A stretch of 32,000 nt of DNA from Halalkalibacterium halodurans (GTDB lineage Bacteria > Bacillota > Bacilli > Bacillales > Bacillaceae_D), in the NCBI RefSeq assembly GCF_004376175.1, contig NZ_SNUY01000005.1:60001-92000 (forward strand), written 5' to 3'. The notes beneath the pieces are model-generated. The model saw only the letters and a program-made list of their open reading frames with translations. It was not told the origin of the DNA and ran no database searches. The translations under genes were made by a program, and so were the position numbers. Shown piece by piece: positions 11,901 through 19,045 of the stretch. The stretch's first letter is position 1, and each line of letters starts with the position of its first letter.

Positions 11901-12221
11901 ATTAGCGGAACGTTCTTAACCTTGTTCGTCATCCCGGTCATCTACAGCTTGTTTGACAAAGATACACGGCGATTAAATAAAACTTATATTACGCCAGACG
12001 GTGAGTTGATCCCAGCGCGATTGCTTCAAGAGCGCAAACAGCTTGAAGCTCCCGAACCGGAAGGAGAAGAAGTCTCTCAAGAACAACAAGAGTCCGTTAA
12101 CGAAGCACCCGAGAACCAAAAGGAGTCAAAATCGGAAGACGGGCTCTCAAAGGACGAACTCGTGTCATTGCTTGAACAACTGATCGAGCAGACAAAAGGA
12201 AGATCAAATAAAAAAGACTAG
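8940..12221 (+). CDS. RND-superfamily efflux transporter (AcrB/SwrC-like, HAE family)
   Basis: 1093 aa with 12-TM RND topology and two large, very acidic extracytoplasmic loops. Conserved TM4 region (GLALGIGMLVDNSIVVIENI) and its repeat (GMIILAGIVVNNAIVIVDY). AGAGGAG SD 9 nt upstream. No MFP or OMF partner gene. Confidence 0.93.
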   Translation: MTQFSIRRPVFTIVGMIIFLLVGGISYVNLPLQLTPDLNPPIGAVTASYPGASAEEVSENVTRILEDELSTTSGLNKITSQSMEGSAIIILEFGWTTNIDDVENDIISTINRADLPDGASNPSFLKFDPSAFPIMELVVTSDTEAISDISEALDELEREIGRVEGVASVSSHGRLMERVEVTIDDEALEEANLTQQDVVDVIEANDISLPGGTISDGDRSLTTRTIRTLDAVETIEDLVLTIDPQTGDDVLLSDVADVSISLEDETVITRANNDPAVQFSIMKEDAANSVDVSVAITERLDELLEQDRFDNVSAFVLYDEGDFILEAINNVLVALIAGATMAMVVLFLFLRNFKTPLIIGIAIPFSVIVTFAFLYFTNVSLNILSLGGLALGIGMLVDNSIVVIENIYRHLSMGKEPKQAALEGTREVRGAITASTLTTISVFVPILFLTGLVGELFIQFALTVSLSLFASLLVAITLVPLMASRLLRKFQQNEEAKRQQSRFILTIERSIKWALRHRAMVLIATLLLFVGGLYGLSTVGVDFLEDMDEGLMVVEIEHEPGTSLERTRETVEAIEQKLEDYSEIENFVSTSGARGTNVGRRDGNSYEGQVQATLVPSSDRDLTTLEFVESIKRDVERVDSDAEINVSPLSLQGSEPNTLTFYLSDSDPDRLEEATEALEEELLERNEVTNLELSIDVTTPEYQLLIDEEAARENGLVPAQVAQFVYDVTLGQTVTTLEIDNDLYDLFVRYHPDVLDSLETMEELTIRNNEGVYVPLGDVVTIEEGEGPATINRIEQRDAVEFTVMYDSSLSLGDISSIVLDIVDEQNFEDTTEFAFTGDQEALETAMADLTGAFMLAVVFVFLVMAAQFESFRFPFVVMFSLPLVMIGVSLALLVTGTSFSVMAGIGMIILAGIVVNNAIVIVDYMNQLKASGATSYEAIVEAVKQRTRPVLMTALTTILGVLPLALALGEGTEMQRPIGLTVIGGLISGTFLTLFVIPVIYSLFDKDTRRLNKTYITPDGELIPARLLQERKQLEAPEPEGEEVSQEQQESVNEAPENQKESKSEDGLSKDELVSLLEQLIEQTKGRSNKKD

Positions 12222-12266
12222 ACATTGGCCGAGACTTGGACAAAACGAGCCAAACGTAATCAAAAA

Positions 12267-12305
12267 GGTTCGGGTCATTTTATTTTGATGATCCGGCCTT
12301 TTTTC
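12267..12305 (+). terminator. Probable intrinsic terminator after the RND gene
   Basis: Imperfect stem of about 11 bp (12267-12278 with 12288-12298, one bulge and G-U pairs), followed by TTTTTTCTTTT. Confidence 0.4.
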
Positions 12306-12529
12306 TTTTGATTCATGGGATCTGGTTTGATTTTTCGCTCAGGTCCCCACTGTAGTTCTCAATCGATTTTCGCCAAACGAATGTGTGAACTTGCCCTTTA
12401 GTCCCATCAATAAAGATCAATCATCTTCTCTTCAGCGGAATTGAACGAAGCACTCACGAAGGCCTTGAAACTTTCCCCCCTGTGTTTTGTCCTAGCCTCT
12501 CTATCATGAAGCCTTTTTAGAGACATGAT

Positions 12530-12564
12530 AAAAAACCAGTGCATCCTGCGGAAGGAAACACTGG
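12530..12564 (-). terminator. Intrinsic terminator after ywgA
   Basis: On the minus strand: ccagtg(tt)tcct, loop, agga(tg)cactgg, then T6 (12535-12530). It starts 18 nt after the ywgA stop. Confidence 0.55.
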
Positions 12565-12581
12565 CTCTAGGTTTTGCTCAG

Positions 12582-13082
12582 TTAATGCTCCATACGGATT
12601 CGCTTAATAAACGAAGAAGCTTCTTCTATATCCTCATCTGTATAATTTTGCTTCGGTTTTAACGTCTTCACTTTTTCCTTCACTTCTTCTGGTGATAGGT
12701 CCTCAAAATAAAGCAAGGTCGACACAAGTTCAAGAAACCGTGAACTCTGCTCATTCATTTGTTCGATAATTCTTTTTCCTTCAAGGACGTCCGCTTCGTG
12801 GAGTTCCAGAAATTTTTTCCCTTCCTCCGATAAGGAGTACCGGTATTGATAGTAGTTCCCTTTGTCCTCTTTTAATTCCGTTACAAAGCCAAGGTTGCAA
12901 AGCTCCTCCACCCGCAACGTTAGTTCCTCAGAATAGGGCCCGTACATATGGAACTTGTAGCGCTCGGAAAAAGGCATTTCTACCTTTTTTGCGATGTATA
13001 CCATTTTCTGTAGTTTCTTTCGCCCAACGATTTCACCAGCATGCAGGAGCATGGCCATTAATTTTGCGTGATCTTTTAACAC
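12582..13082 (-). CDS. ywgA: YwgA-like protein: Panacea/SocA-like N-terminal motif plus winged-helix-like segment
   Basis: 166 aa. GTG start 5-6 nt after AAGGGGGA, only 12 nt after the ywfO stop. KLQKMVYIAKK...YKFHMYGPYSEEL resembles the DUF4065/Panacea core. GFVTELKEDKGNYYQYRYSLSEEGKKFL looks like a wHTH wing. Confidence 0.7.
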   Translation of the reverse strand: MLKDHAKLMAMLLHAGEIVGRKKLQKMVYIAKKVEMPFSERYKFHMYGPYSEELTLRVEELCNLGFVTELKEDKGNYYQYRYSLSEEGKKFLELHEADVLEGKRIIEQMNEQSSRFLELVSTLLYFEDLSPEEVKEKVKTLKPKQNYTDEDIEEASSFIKRIRMEH

Positions 13083-13094
13083 CCCAGTTCCCCC

Positions 13095-14393
13095 TTACTT
13101 AAATAACAACGACAAAATTTCTTGCTTAATCTCTTTATGGTCAGACTGGTCTGTCAGACAATCCATCGGGAAGTAAAGCTTATGATCCGTTCGTTTCTTT
13201 CCTGAAATCGCTTCGACAACATCCGATTCTCGTGAAAGCTCTCGTAGTTTTCCGTTTGGCATAATCAAATGAATCGGTAACCGTTCTTCCTCTTCACCAG
13301 GGCGGTAAAAATCATACGGTAAATCGGACGATGAATCCACGACTAAATAATATTCAGGATCGATTTCAGCTTGAGCAAAAAGCTGCTGGAGCCGAGGCCA
13401 ATCGTTCATTTGCAAGTTCGGGTTAAACTCTATGTATTTAAAGAGCTGCCTATTAATGAATCTTACACAAAGATCCGATAAAATTCGATCCTCTTCTTCC
13501 TGCCAAATTTGAAAATAATACATCGTTATCGACTCATCAAGCCGCAAATAATCGTCCAAGCTCATGTTTCCTTCAAATAGAGAATAAAAATGCTTCGGTT
13601 CCTGTTTAAATTTGTAGCCTTGCTCATATAAGTCCTTTACCCGCTTAAACACTTTACTTAAAATGACTTCCGCACTTCGGGTGACTGGATGGAAATAGAC
13701 TTGCCAATACATTTGGTAGCGGCTCATAATGTAATCTTCTACTGCATGCATCCCGCTCTGTTTAATGACGACTTGATCCTCCATAGGTCTCATGACACGT
13801 AAAATTCGCTCCATGTCGAAATGACCGTAGCTCACCCCGGTGTAGTAGGCATCCCTCTGCAAATAATCCATGCGATCAGCATCAATTTGGCTTGAGATGA
13901 TGCTAGTCACTAATTTGTTCGGGTACGTTTTTTCAATGACATCGGCCACTTTCTGTGGAAAATCATCCCCCATTTTTAGCAACACATTGTGGATTTCCGT
14001 ATCTCCTACGATCATCCGCCGCGTCCATTCCTCATGATCGGTATCAAATACTTTTTCGAACGAGTGGGAAAACGGTCCATGTCCGATGTCATGAAGAAGG
14101 GCAGCACATAACGTGAGGAGTCGCTCCTCCTCGTTCCAATAAGGACGGCCTTGAAACACTTCAATAATCCGCCGTGTAATTTCATAAACGCCTAACGAGT
14201 GATTAAATCGGGTGTGTTCTGCACCGTGAAACGTTAAGAACGTCGTCCCTAATTGCCGAACACGCCGAAGCCGTTGAAATTCCTTCGTGCCGATCAATGC
14301 CCAGATCAATTCATCCCGAACGTGAATATACCGATGCACAGGATCTTTGAACACCTTCTCTTCGTCTAACAAACCGTAGTAGGATTCGCTCAT
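13095..14393 (-). CDS. ywfO: HD-domain phosphohydrolase, dNTP triphosphohydrolase-like (COG1078, YwfO family)
   Basis: 432 aa with H...HD...D metal-site motifs (RFNHSLGVY, LLHDIGHGPFSH, DADRMDYLQRD) characteristic of the SAMHD1/EF1143-type HD fold. Same order as B. subtilis ywfO-ywgA. Confidence 0.9.
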   Translation of the reverse strand: MSESYYGLLDEEKVFKDPVHRYIHVRDELIWALIGTKEFQRLRRVRQLGTTFLTFHGAEHTRFNHSLGVYEITRRIIEVFQGRPYWNEEERLLTLCAALLHDIGHGPFSHSFEKVFDTDHEEWTRRMIVGDTEIHNVLLKMGDDFPQKVADVIEKTYPNKLVTSIISSQIDADRMDYLQRDAYYTGVSYGHFDMERILRVMRPMEDQVVIKQSGMHAVEDYIMSRYQMYWQVYFHPVTRSAEVILSKVFKRVKDLYEQGYKFKQEPKHFYSLFEGNMSLDDYLRLDESITMYYFQIWQEEEDRILSDLCVRFINRQLFKYIEFNPNLQMNDWPRLQQLFAQAEIDPEYYLVVDSSSDLPYDFYRPGEEEERLPIHLIMPNGKLRELSRESDVVEAISGKKRTDHKLYFPMDCLTDQSDHKEIKQEILSLLFK

Positions 14394-14428
14394 TCGCTTA
14401 ACTCTCCATTCATACCATTCATACAGCT

Positions 14429-14458
14429 ATTATAGCGAACTTGTCTGCTCGTTTCTAA
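14429..14458 (-). promoter_or_regulatory. Candidate sigma-A promoter of ywfO-ywgA
   Basis: On the minus strand TTAGAA (14458-14453), an 18-nt spacer, then TATAAT (14434-14429). It lies about 35 nt upstream of the ywfO ATG, with a GGAGAG SD. Confidence 0.4.
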
Positions 14459-14508
14459 CGTTGTTTTCGTCATTTCACTAAAGGATTGGTAAAAACCGTT
14501 CCATGTTT

Positions 14509-15555
14509 TTATGCAAAAAGCCACCAGAGCAATCGCTCGGATGGCTTTCTTGCATACGGCTGGATGACACCAACTCCCGCATAACGTGTGACAACCGATT
14601 TCACATCACCAACTGGTGTGACCGTATAGGGATAAGGAGGTCGATAATTGGTCGTGGAAGTGGTCGGCATGCTACCCGTGCTATTGATATAGCGGTTATT
14701 GGCAACATTCCAATAACCTGTTCGACTGCTATGCCAGAATCCTAACGGGTTGGTGGCATTCTCAAAAACGTTATGTTCAACGAGCATTTCCGCTCCCATC
14801 CGTGAATTAATGCCTGTTTCTAAAATGTTCTCAAAGTAATTGCTAAACAAGTGCGCCTTTCCAAAACGGTACGCAGGTACGCGAGAGTTTAAGTTTTTGA
14901 AGTAGTTATGGTGGAATGTTATGTTTCGGTCGTAGTTATCACTATCAGAGTTCCCCATGAGCATCGCTTTCCAGCCATCATGGACATAATTCCAAGAGAA
15001 GGTAATATTGTAAGCATCGCGCTTTACGTCAAACAAGCCGTCATAGTGGTCTTTATGAACGTTCAAGCTGGCATAAAGCTCGTTATGGTCAATCCAAATG
15101 TTCCGAGAGGGCCCTTCAATGCTAATCGCATCTTTATCACCTGTATGGACTTCATGGATCGTCAAGTTGCGAATGATGATATTATTCGCTCGCCATACTT
15201 TAATACCGATCCCATTTAATCGTCCATTTGTACCAACCCCTAAAATCGATACATTGGAAACATCCTTAATATCGATCTTACTATCAGACGTATTACTAGG
15301 TGTTATCGTACCGTTTACATAAATTGTTAACGGACGATTAGGGTTTTTGGACTTCAAAGCGTTTATTAATTCATTCCCTGTACGAACCGTCACTACATCT
15401 CCACCTGCACCACCAGTTGTTCCCCCATTTAACGTGGCAAAGCCTTGTAAGTTGAAATTTGGCGTATTCGCTTCTGCCGTTTGAAAGGATACACCGAGCC
15501 ATAACATAACCACAACACTGAAAGCAACTAGCTTGACGATGCTTGATCTCATCAT
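14509..15555 (-). CDS. Secreted pectate lyase, polysaccharide lyase family 1
   Basis: 348 aa. Signal peptide ending AEA|N. Parallel beta-helix PL1 motifs ([10 protein letters not shown] = vWiDH, catalytic RVPAYRFG, Ca-binding Asp residues). AAAGGAAGTGA SD. Confidence 0.92.
   Translation of the reverse strand: MMRSSIVKLVAFSVVVMLWLGVSFQTAEANTPNFNLQGFATLNGGTTGGAGGDVVTVRTGNELINALKSKNPNRPLTIYVNGTITPSNTSDSKIDIKDVSNVSILGVGTNGRLNGIGIKVWRANNIIIRNLTIHEVHTGDKDAISIEGPSRNIWIDHNELYASLNVHKDHYDGLFDVKRDAYNITFSWNYVHDGWKAMLMGNSDSDNYDRNITFHHNYFKNLNSRVPAYRFGKAHLFSNYFENILETGINSRMGAEMLVEHNVFENATNPLGFWHSSRTGYWNVANNRYINSTGSMPTTSTTNYRPPYPYTVTPVGDVKSVVTRYAGVGVIQPYARKPSERLLWWLFA
14512..14548 (-). terminator. Intrinsic terminator lying inside the last 13 codons of the pectate lyase ORF
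   Basis: 14-bp stem (14517-14530 with 14535-14548; one G-U and one mismatch on the minus strand), a 4-nt loop and a T5 run (14519-14515). The TAA stop (14511-14509) lies after the T-run. Confidence 0.55.
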
Positions 15556-15785
15556 ACTCTCACTTCCTTTTTCAATATAGAGTTTGTCCTACCATGACCA
15601 CAAAATGGATCGCTAGCGAAAACAATCCGAGACCTGCCCCCTCCTTTCCTTTCACATGAGTGAATCCTACCATAGAAAGGAGGGAAAATAAGTATCACCA
15701 GCCCACTATTTTGAATTTTATAAATATTGTGAAAATACCCTGCGGTTTTTTATTTTTTCTTAGCTATTTTATCTATATAGCTATA

Positions 15786-15804
15786 GTGAAGCGCTTACAT
15801 TATA
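15786..15804 (-). promoter_or_regulatory. TATAAT -10 box fused to a cre-like element (TGTAAGCGCTTCAC) upstream of the pectate lyase gene
   Basis: The minus strand reads TATAATGTAAGCGCTTCAC. TATAAT is 15804-15799 and the cre-like 14-mer is 15799-15786. The left half TGTAAGCG is a perfect CcpA-cre half. The -35 is weak. Confidence 0.4.
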
Positions 15805-15976
15805 AGTCATATCTAAGCAAGTGATTATGTTTATAAAAAAACGCGGAGTAGGCTACTGGTCTAAAGAGGGATACGACTAGGACTGGCTATATATTGCTTC
15901 GCATGTAAAGTAGGTCCATTGCACCCTACTATAAAATATGCAATTAAACTCTCTTAAAATTAAACTCACTTAAATG

Positions 15977-16013
15977 GAAAAAAGCCTACCATTCCGTATA
16001 GGAATCGTAGGCT
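15977..16013 (-). terminator. Intrinsic terminator after the GltP-like gene
   Basis: Stem agcctac(c)attcc / ggaat(c)gtaggct (15983-16013) followed on the minus strand by T6. It starts 14 nt after the stop. Confidence 0.75.
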
Positions 16014-16026
16014 TGTAGTGTATACC

Positions 16027-17268
16027 TTAGGCGCTTGCTGACGTAGAGGCTGCTTTCGCTTTGCTTCTTTTCTCTGACTCATCAATTACAACAGCGCATG
16101 TAGCGTCTCCAGTAATGTTAATGGCTGTACGGGACATATCCAAGATTCGATCAACCGCAAGGACAAGGGCAATTCCCTCCACTGGTAAACCGATGGACTG
16201 CAAGACCATGGCTAGCATGATTAACCCAACGCCAGGAACGCCAGCTGTACCAATACTAGCGAGTGTCGCTGTTAAAACAACCGTGAGCAAATCACCCATC
16301 GAAAGCTGCTGAGCATAAACTTGAGCAATAAATACCGTCGCAACAGCTTGCATGATCGCCGTACCGTCCATGTTAATAGTGGCCCCTAACGGCTGAACAA
16401 AGCTAGAAACAGGCTTAGAGACACCGAGTTTTTCTTGTGCTGTTTTCATGGAGACAGGAAGGACAGCACTACTGCTTGATGTTCCGAAGGCTAACGCCAT
16501 TGCTGGGAAGAAGTTTCGCAAAAATTCGAGCGGGTTTCGCTTCGCAACAAATGCGAGGAAGCCACCATAGGTAATGACTGCATGCAGCAGCAACGCAAGT
16601 AACACGGCTATGACATACATGGCCATTGATCCTAATGCATCAAATCCTAGCTTACCGAGAGCTGAGGCGATTAAGCCAAATGCGCCGTATGGAGCTAACT
16701 TCATCGCAAGGCTCACAAGGTACATCATCACTTCGTTCCCCTGCTCCACGAGTTTTAAAATCCCGCTCGTCTTCTCTCCAAGTCTACCAAGGGCGAGACC
16801 GACTAACACAGCAAACGCAATAATTTGTAGCATTTGTCCTGAAGCTAACGCCTCAATTGGGTTTCTCGGAATAATGTTGAGGATCGTCTCCATGACAGGT
16901 GGTGCTTCCGTCGCTTCAAACTCCTCTTCGACTGTCCCCATTAGTCCAGGCTCTCCAGGTTGTAATACATAGGCAATCGATAGGCCGATGACGAGAGCAA
17001 TCATCGTCGTTAGCAAGTAAAAGCCGACGGTTTTCGACCCAAGTTTCCCTAACTTTTTCGGATCTCCTAGCCCTGCAGTTCCGAGAATAATCGAAAACAA
17101 AACAAGGGGAACGACGAGCATCATAATTAATCTAAGAAATAATTGCCCCACCGGTGTAAAGACGTACGTATCAATAGGTACAAATAAATCTGGTGCAAAT
17201 TTATTCATACCAAGCCCAACTAGAATCCCTAACACGAGGGCAATAATAATCTTCTTCGTTAAACTCAT
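16027..17268 (-). CDS. Dicarboxylate/amino acid:cation symporter (DAACS family, GltP/GltT-like)
   Basis: ATG 17268 lies 8 nt after GAGAGGAG; the GTG 17286 extension lacks an SD. About 413 aa with 8 TM plus re-entrant hairpins and DAACS motifs (SSSSAVLP, NMDGTA, DRILDMSRTAINITGD). Confidence 0.9.
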   Translation of the reverse strand: MSLTKKIIIALVLGILVGLGMNKFAPDLFVPIDTYVFTPVGQLFLRLIMMLVVPLVLFSIILGTAGLGDPKKLGKLGSKTVGFYLLTTMIALVIGLSIAYVLQPGEPGLMGTVEEEFEATEAPPVMETILNIIPRNPIEALASGQMLQIIAFAVLVGLALGRLGEKTSGILKLVEQGNEVMMYLVSLAMKLAPYGAFGLIASALGKLGFDALGSMAMYVIAVLLALLLHAVITYGGFLAFVAKRNPLEFLRNFFPAMALAFGTSSSSAVLPVSMKTAQEKLGVSKPVSSFVQPLGATINMDGTAIMQAVATVFIAQVYAQQLSMGDLLTVVLTATLASIGTAGVPGVGLIMLAMVLQSIGLPVEGIALVLAVDRILDMSRTAINITGDATCAVVIDESEKRSKAKAASTSASA

Positions 17269-17351
17269 ATCATCATCTCCTCTCACAACTGTACACTTTG
17301 CTGCACTACTGTATTAATGCAATAAATATGATAACACATGTTACATTTTAT

Positions 17352-17373
17352 CTTTATTTATTAATAAATAAAG
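17352..17373. promoter_or_regulatory. Perfect 22-bp palindrome CTTTATTTATT|AATAAATAAAG upstream of the GltP-like gene (possible operator)
   Basis: Exact 11+11 inverted repeat 84-105 nt upstream of the start codon. It abuts a TGtTATCAT extended -10-like element on the minus strand. Confidence 0.4.
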
Positions 17374-17665
17374 AGGCTTGTTAGATATTATGACATAAAA
17401 TTTTTGATAAAGAGTAGATTCATTGGATCGATATTGGCGAAAACCCTCTTCCTCTGCAATGTAAGCCTTGTCAAATAGCCTAACACGCGGGAATGATCGC
17501 GTCAACGACGCTTTTTTCAAAAAATACCCAACATCTCCTCAAACCCCATCTTTCTCCTTTTTTACCAATGGTATTTCAGATAAATAACGTGTTGCCTAGT
17601 CTAAGGTGGAAGCGTTCGTTTTCTTATCCTCCCACTCCTTGATAGAAGGTAGCCTTCCCTAAAGT

Positions 17666-17692
17666 ATAAAAAAGTGACCAATTAGGCCACTT
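17666..17692 (-). terminator. Intrinsic terminator overlapping the stop codon of the small Cys-rich protein gene
   Basis: On the minus strand aagtggcc-taat-tggtcactt (one G-U) followed by TTTTTAT. Confidence 0.5.
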
Positions 17693-17915
17693 ATTTCTTC
17701 AGCTTTTTCTTTATTTTTTCGATCAGTTGATCTTCATCTGGCGCAGCAACGGGGCGGTTGTTCACAAATGTGAATGACTTTTTACGACCTGGACCGCAAT
17801 AGGATTGGCAGCGTATATCAATGGTTGCATTTGGGTCTAATTTTTTCAGTTTTGGGATTAGTGTCTTGATGTTTGTCGCTTGACACTCATCACAAATACG
17901 AAATTCATTTGCCAA
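17691..17915 (-). CDS. Small Cys-containing protein, UPF0741/YwzC-like (DUF1450-like pattern)
   Basis: TTG 17915 lies 9 nt after AAGGAG, giving [11 protein letters not shown]...[21 protein letters not shown] recall the CxxC...CxxxC pattern and size (74 aa) from UPF0741 proteins of Bacillus. The ORF-track start 17939 (TTG) has no SD. Confidence 0.6.
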   Translation of the reverse strand: MANEFRICDECQATNIKTLIPKLKKLDPNATIDIRCQSYCGPGRKKSFTFVNNRPVAAPDEDQLIEKIKKKLKK

Positions 17916-18040
17916 CGCTCCCCACTCCTTTCCCTTCAACCTATTTATTGTAAAAACGAACTTGTAGATGATAAAAGCACTAACTTACAGTATAACACGT
18001 TTTTACTGGAAGGCAATCGTCAAATTCGCAAGAAAAACTA

Positions 18041-18049
18041 TGCTATAAT
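18041..18049 (+). promoter_or_regulatory. Extended -10 promoter element (TGcTATAAT) for lipL
   Basis: TG at 18041-18042 and TATAAT at 18044-18049, about 33 nt upstream of the lipL ATG. The -35 is weak. Confidence 0.45.
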
Positions 18050-18081
18050 GAAGCGACGGTATCAAAGGGAGACTGACAATT

Positions 18082-18918
18082 ATGAGTTTATTGCTACAGC
18101 AACATTTATCTCAACCATGGCGATTCTTAGACCACACATCGTTTGGTCCGACATTTCAGGCGCTGCAATCATTTGCTTATGATGACACCCTTTGCACATC
18201 GATTGGAAAGAGTCAATCCCCACCAACTCTTAGAGCGTGGGTTCACCATAACACGGTCGTGCTTGGCATTCAGGACAGTCGCCTGCCTCAAATAAAAGCA
18301 GGTATTGAAGCGCTAAAAGGCTTCCAACACCATGTGATCGTTCGTAACTCTGGTGGTCTAGCGGTCGTACTCGATTCTGGTATTCTTAACCTCTCTCTCG
18401 TTCTTAAAGAGGAGAAGGGGTTCTCCATCGATGACGGATACGAATTAATGTATGAGCTTATCTGTTCCATGTTCCAGGATCATAGAGAACAAATCGAAGC
18501 GAGAGAAATCGTTGGTTCTTATTGCCCTGGAAGCTACGACTTAAGCATTGATGGTAAAAAATTTGCTGGTATCTCGCAGCGCCGAATTCGTGGCGGTGTG
18601 GCAGTGCAAATTTATTTATGTGTAAGCGGTAGCGGGGCAGAGCGCGCAAAAATGATCCGAACCTTTTATGACAAAGCAGTGGCCGGACAGCCGACTAAAT
18701 TTGTCTATCCTAGAATCAAACCGGAAACGATGGCCTCTTTATCCGAACTATTGGGCCAACCACACAACGTTTCAGATGTTTTGCTGAAGGCTCTAATGAC
18801 ACTGCAACAACATGGAGCTTCGCTGCTGACAGAATCTTTATCTGCTGACGAATGGCTGTTATATGAGCAGCATTTCGCGCGGATTAGCGAACGAAATGAG
18901 AAGTTGCTTGCGGAATAA
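18082..18918 (+). CDS. lipL: Octanoyl-[GcvH]:protein N-octanoyltransferase (lipoate-protein ligase family, LipL/YwfL)
   Basis: 278 aa. BPL/LplA/LipB catalytic-domain pattern ([49 protein letters not shown]). Same size and position as B. subtilis lipL next to pta. Confidence 0.82.
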   Translation: MSLLLQQHLSQPWRFLDHTSFGPTFQALQSFAYDDTLCTSIGKSQSPPTLRAWVHHNTVVLGIQDSRLPQIKAGIEALKGFQHHVIVRNSGGLAVVLDSGILNLSLVLKEEKGFSIDDGYELMYELICSMFQDHREQIEAREIVGSYCPGSYDLSIDGKKFAGISQRRIRGGVAVQIYLCVSGSGAERAKMIRTFYDKAVAGQPTKFVYPRIKPETMASLSELLGQPHNVSDVLLKALMTLQQHGASLLTESLSADEWLLYEQHFARISERNEKLLAE

Positions 18919-18982
18919 GCTAAAAGGAGGACCGATCACTGGTTCCTCTCTTTTTAACGACTGACTCCCCTCATCAAAACAC

Positions 18983-19017
18983 AAAAAACCCTGAAGTGAT
19001 TTCCTCACTACAGGGTT
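18983..19017 (-). terminator. Intrinsic terminator after pta
   Basis: 13-bp stem (one A-A mismatch) aaccctgaagtga/tcactacagggtt with a 5-nt loop, followed on the minus strand by T6. Confidence 0.7.
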
Positions 19018-19045
19018 CCCTCTACAGCGCTCGATTACTACGCTC

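Noticed and set aside
12222-12581. The 360-nt gene-free gap between the RND gene and ywgA, considered as a possible pseudogene or sRNA locus.
   Set aside because: I saw no extended frame remnants, repeats or promoter-terminator pair beyond the two terminators already assigned to the flanking convergent genes. This cannot be resolved without comparative data.
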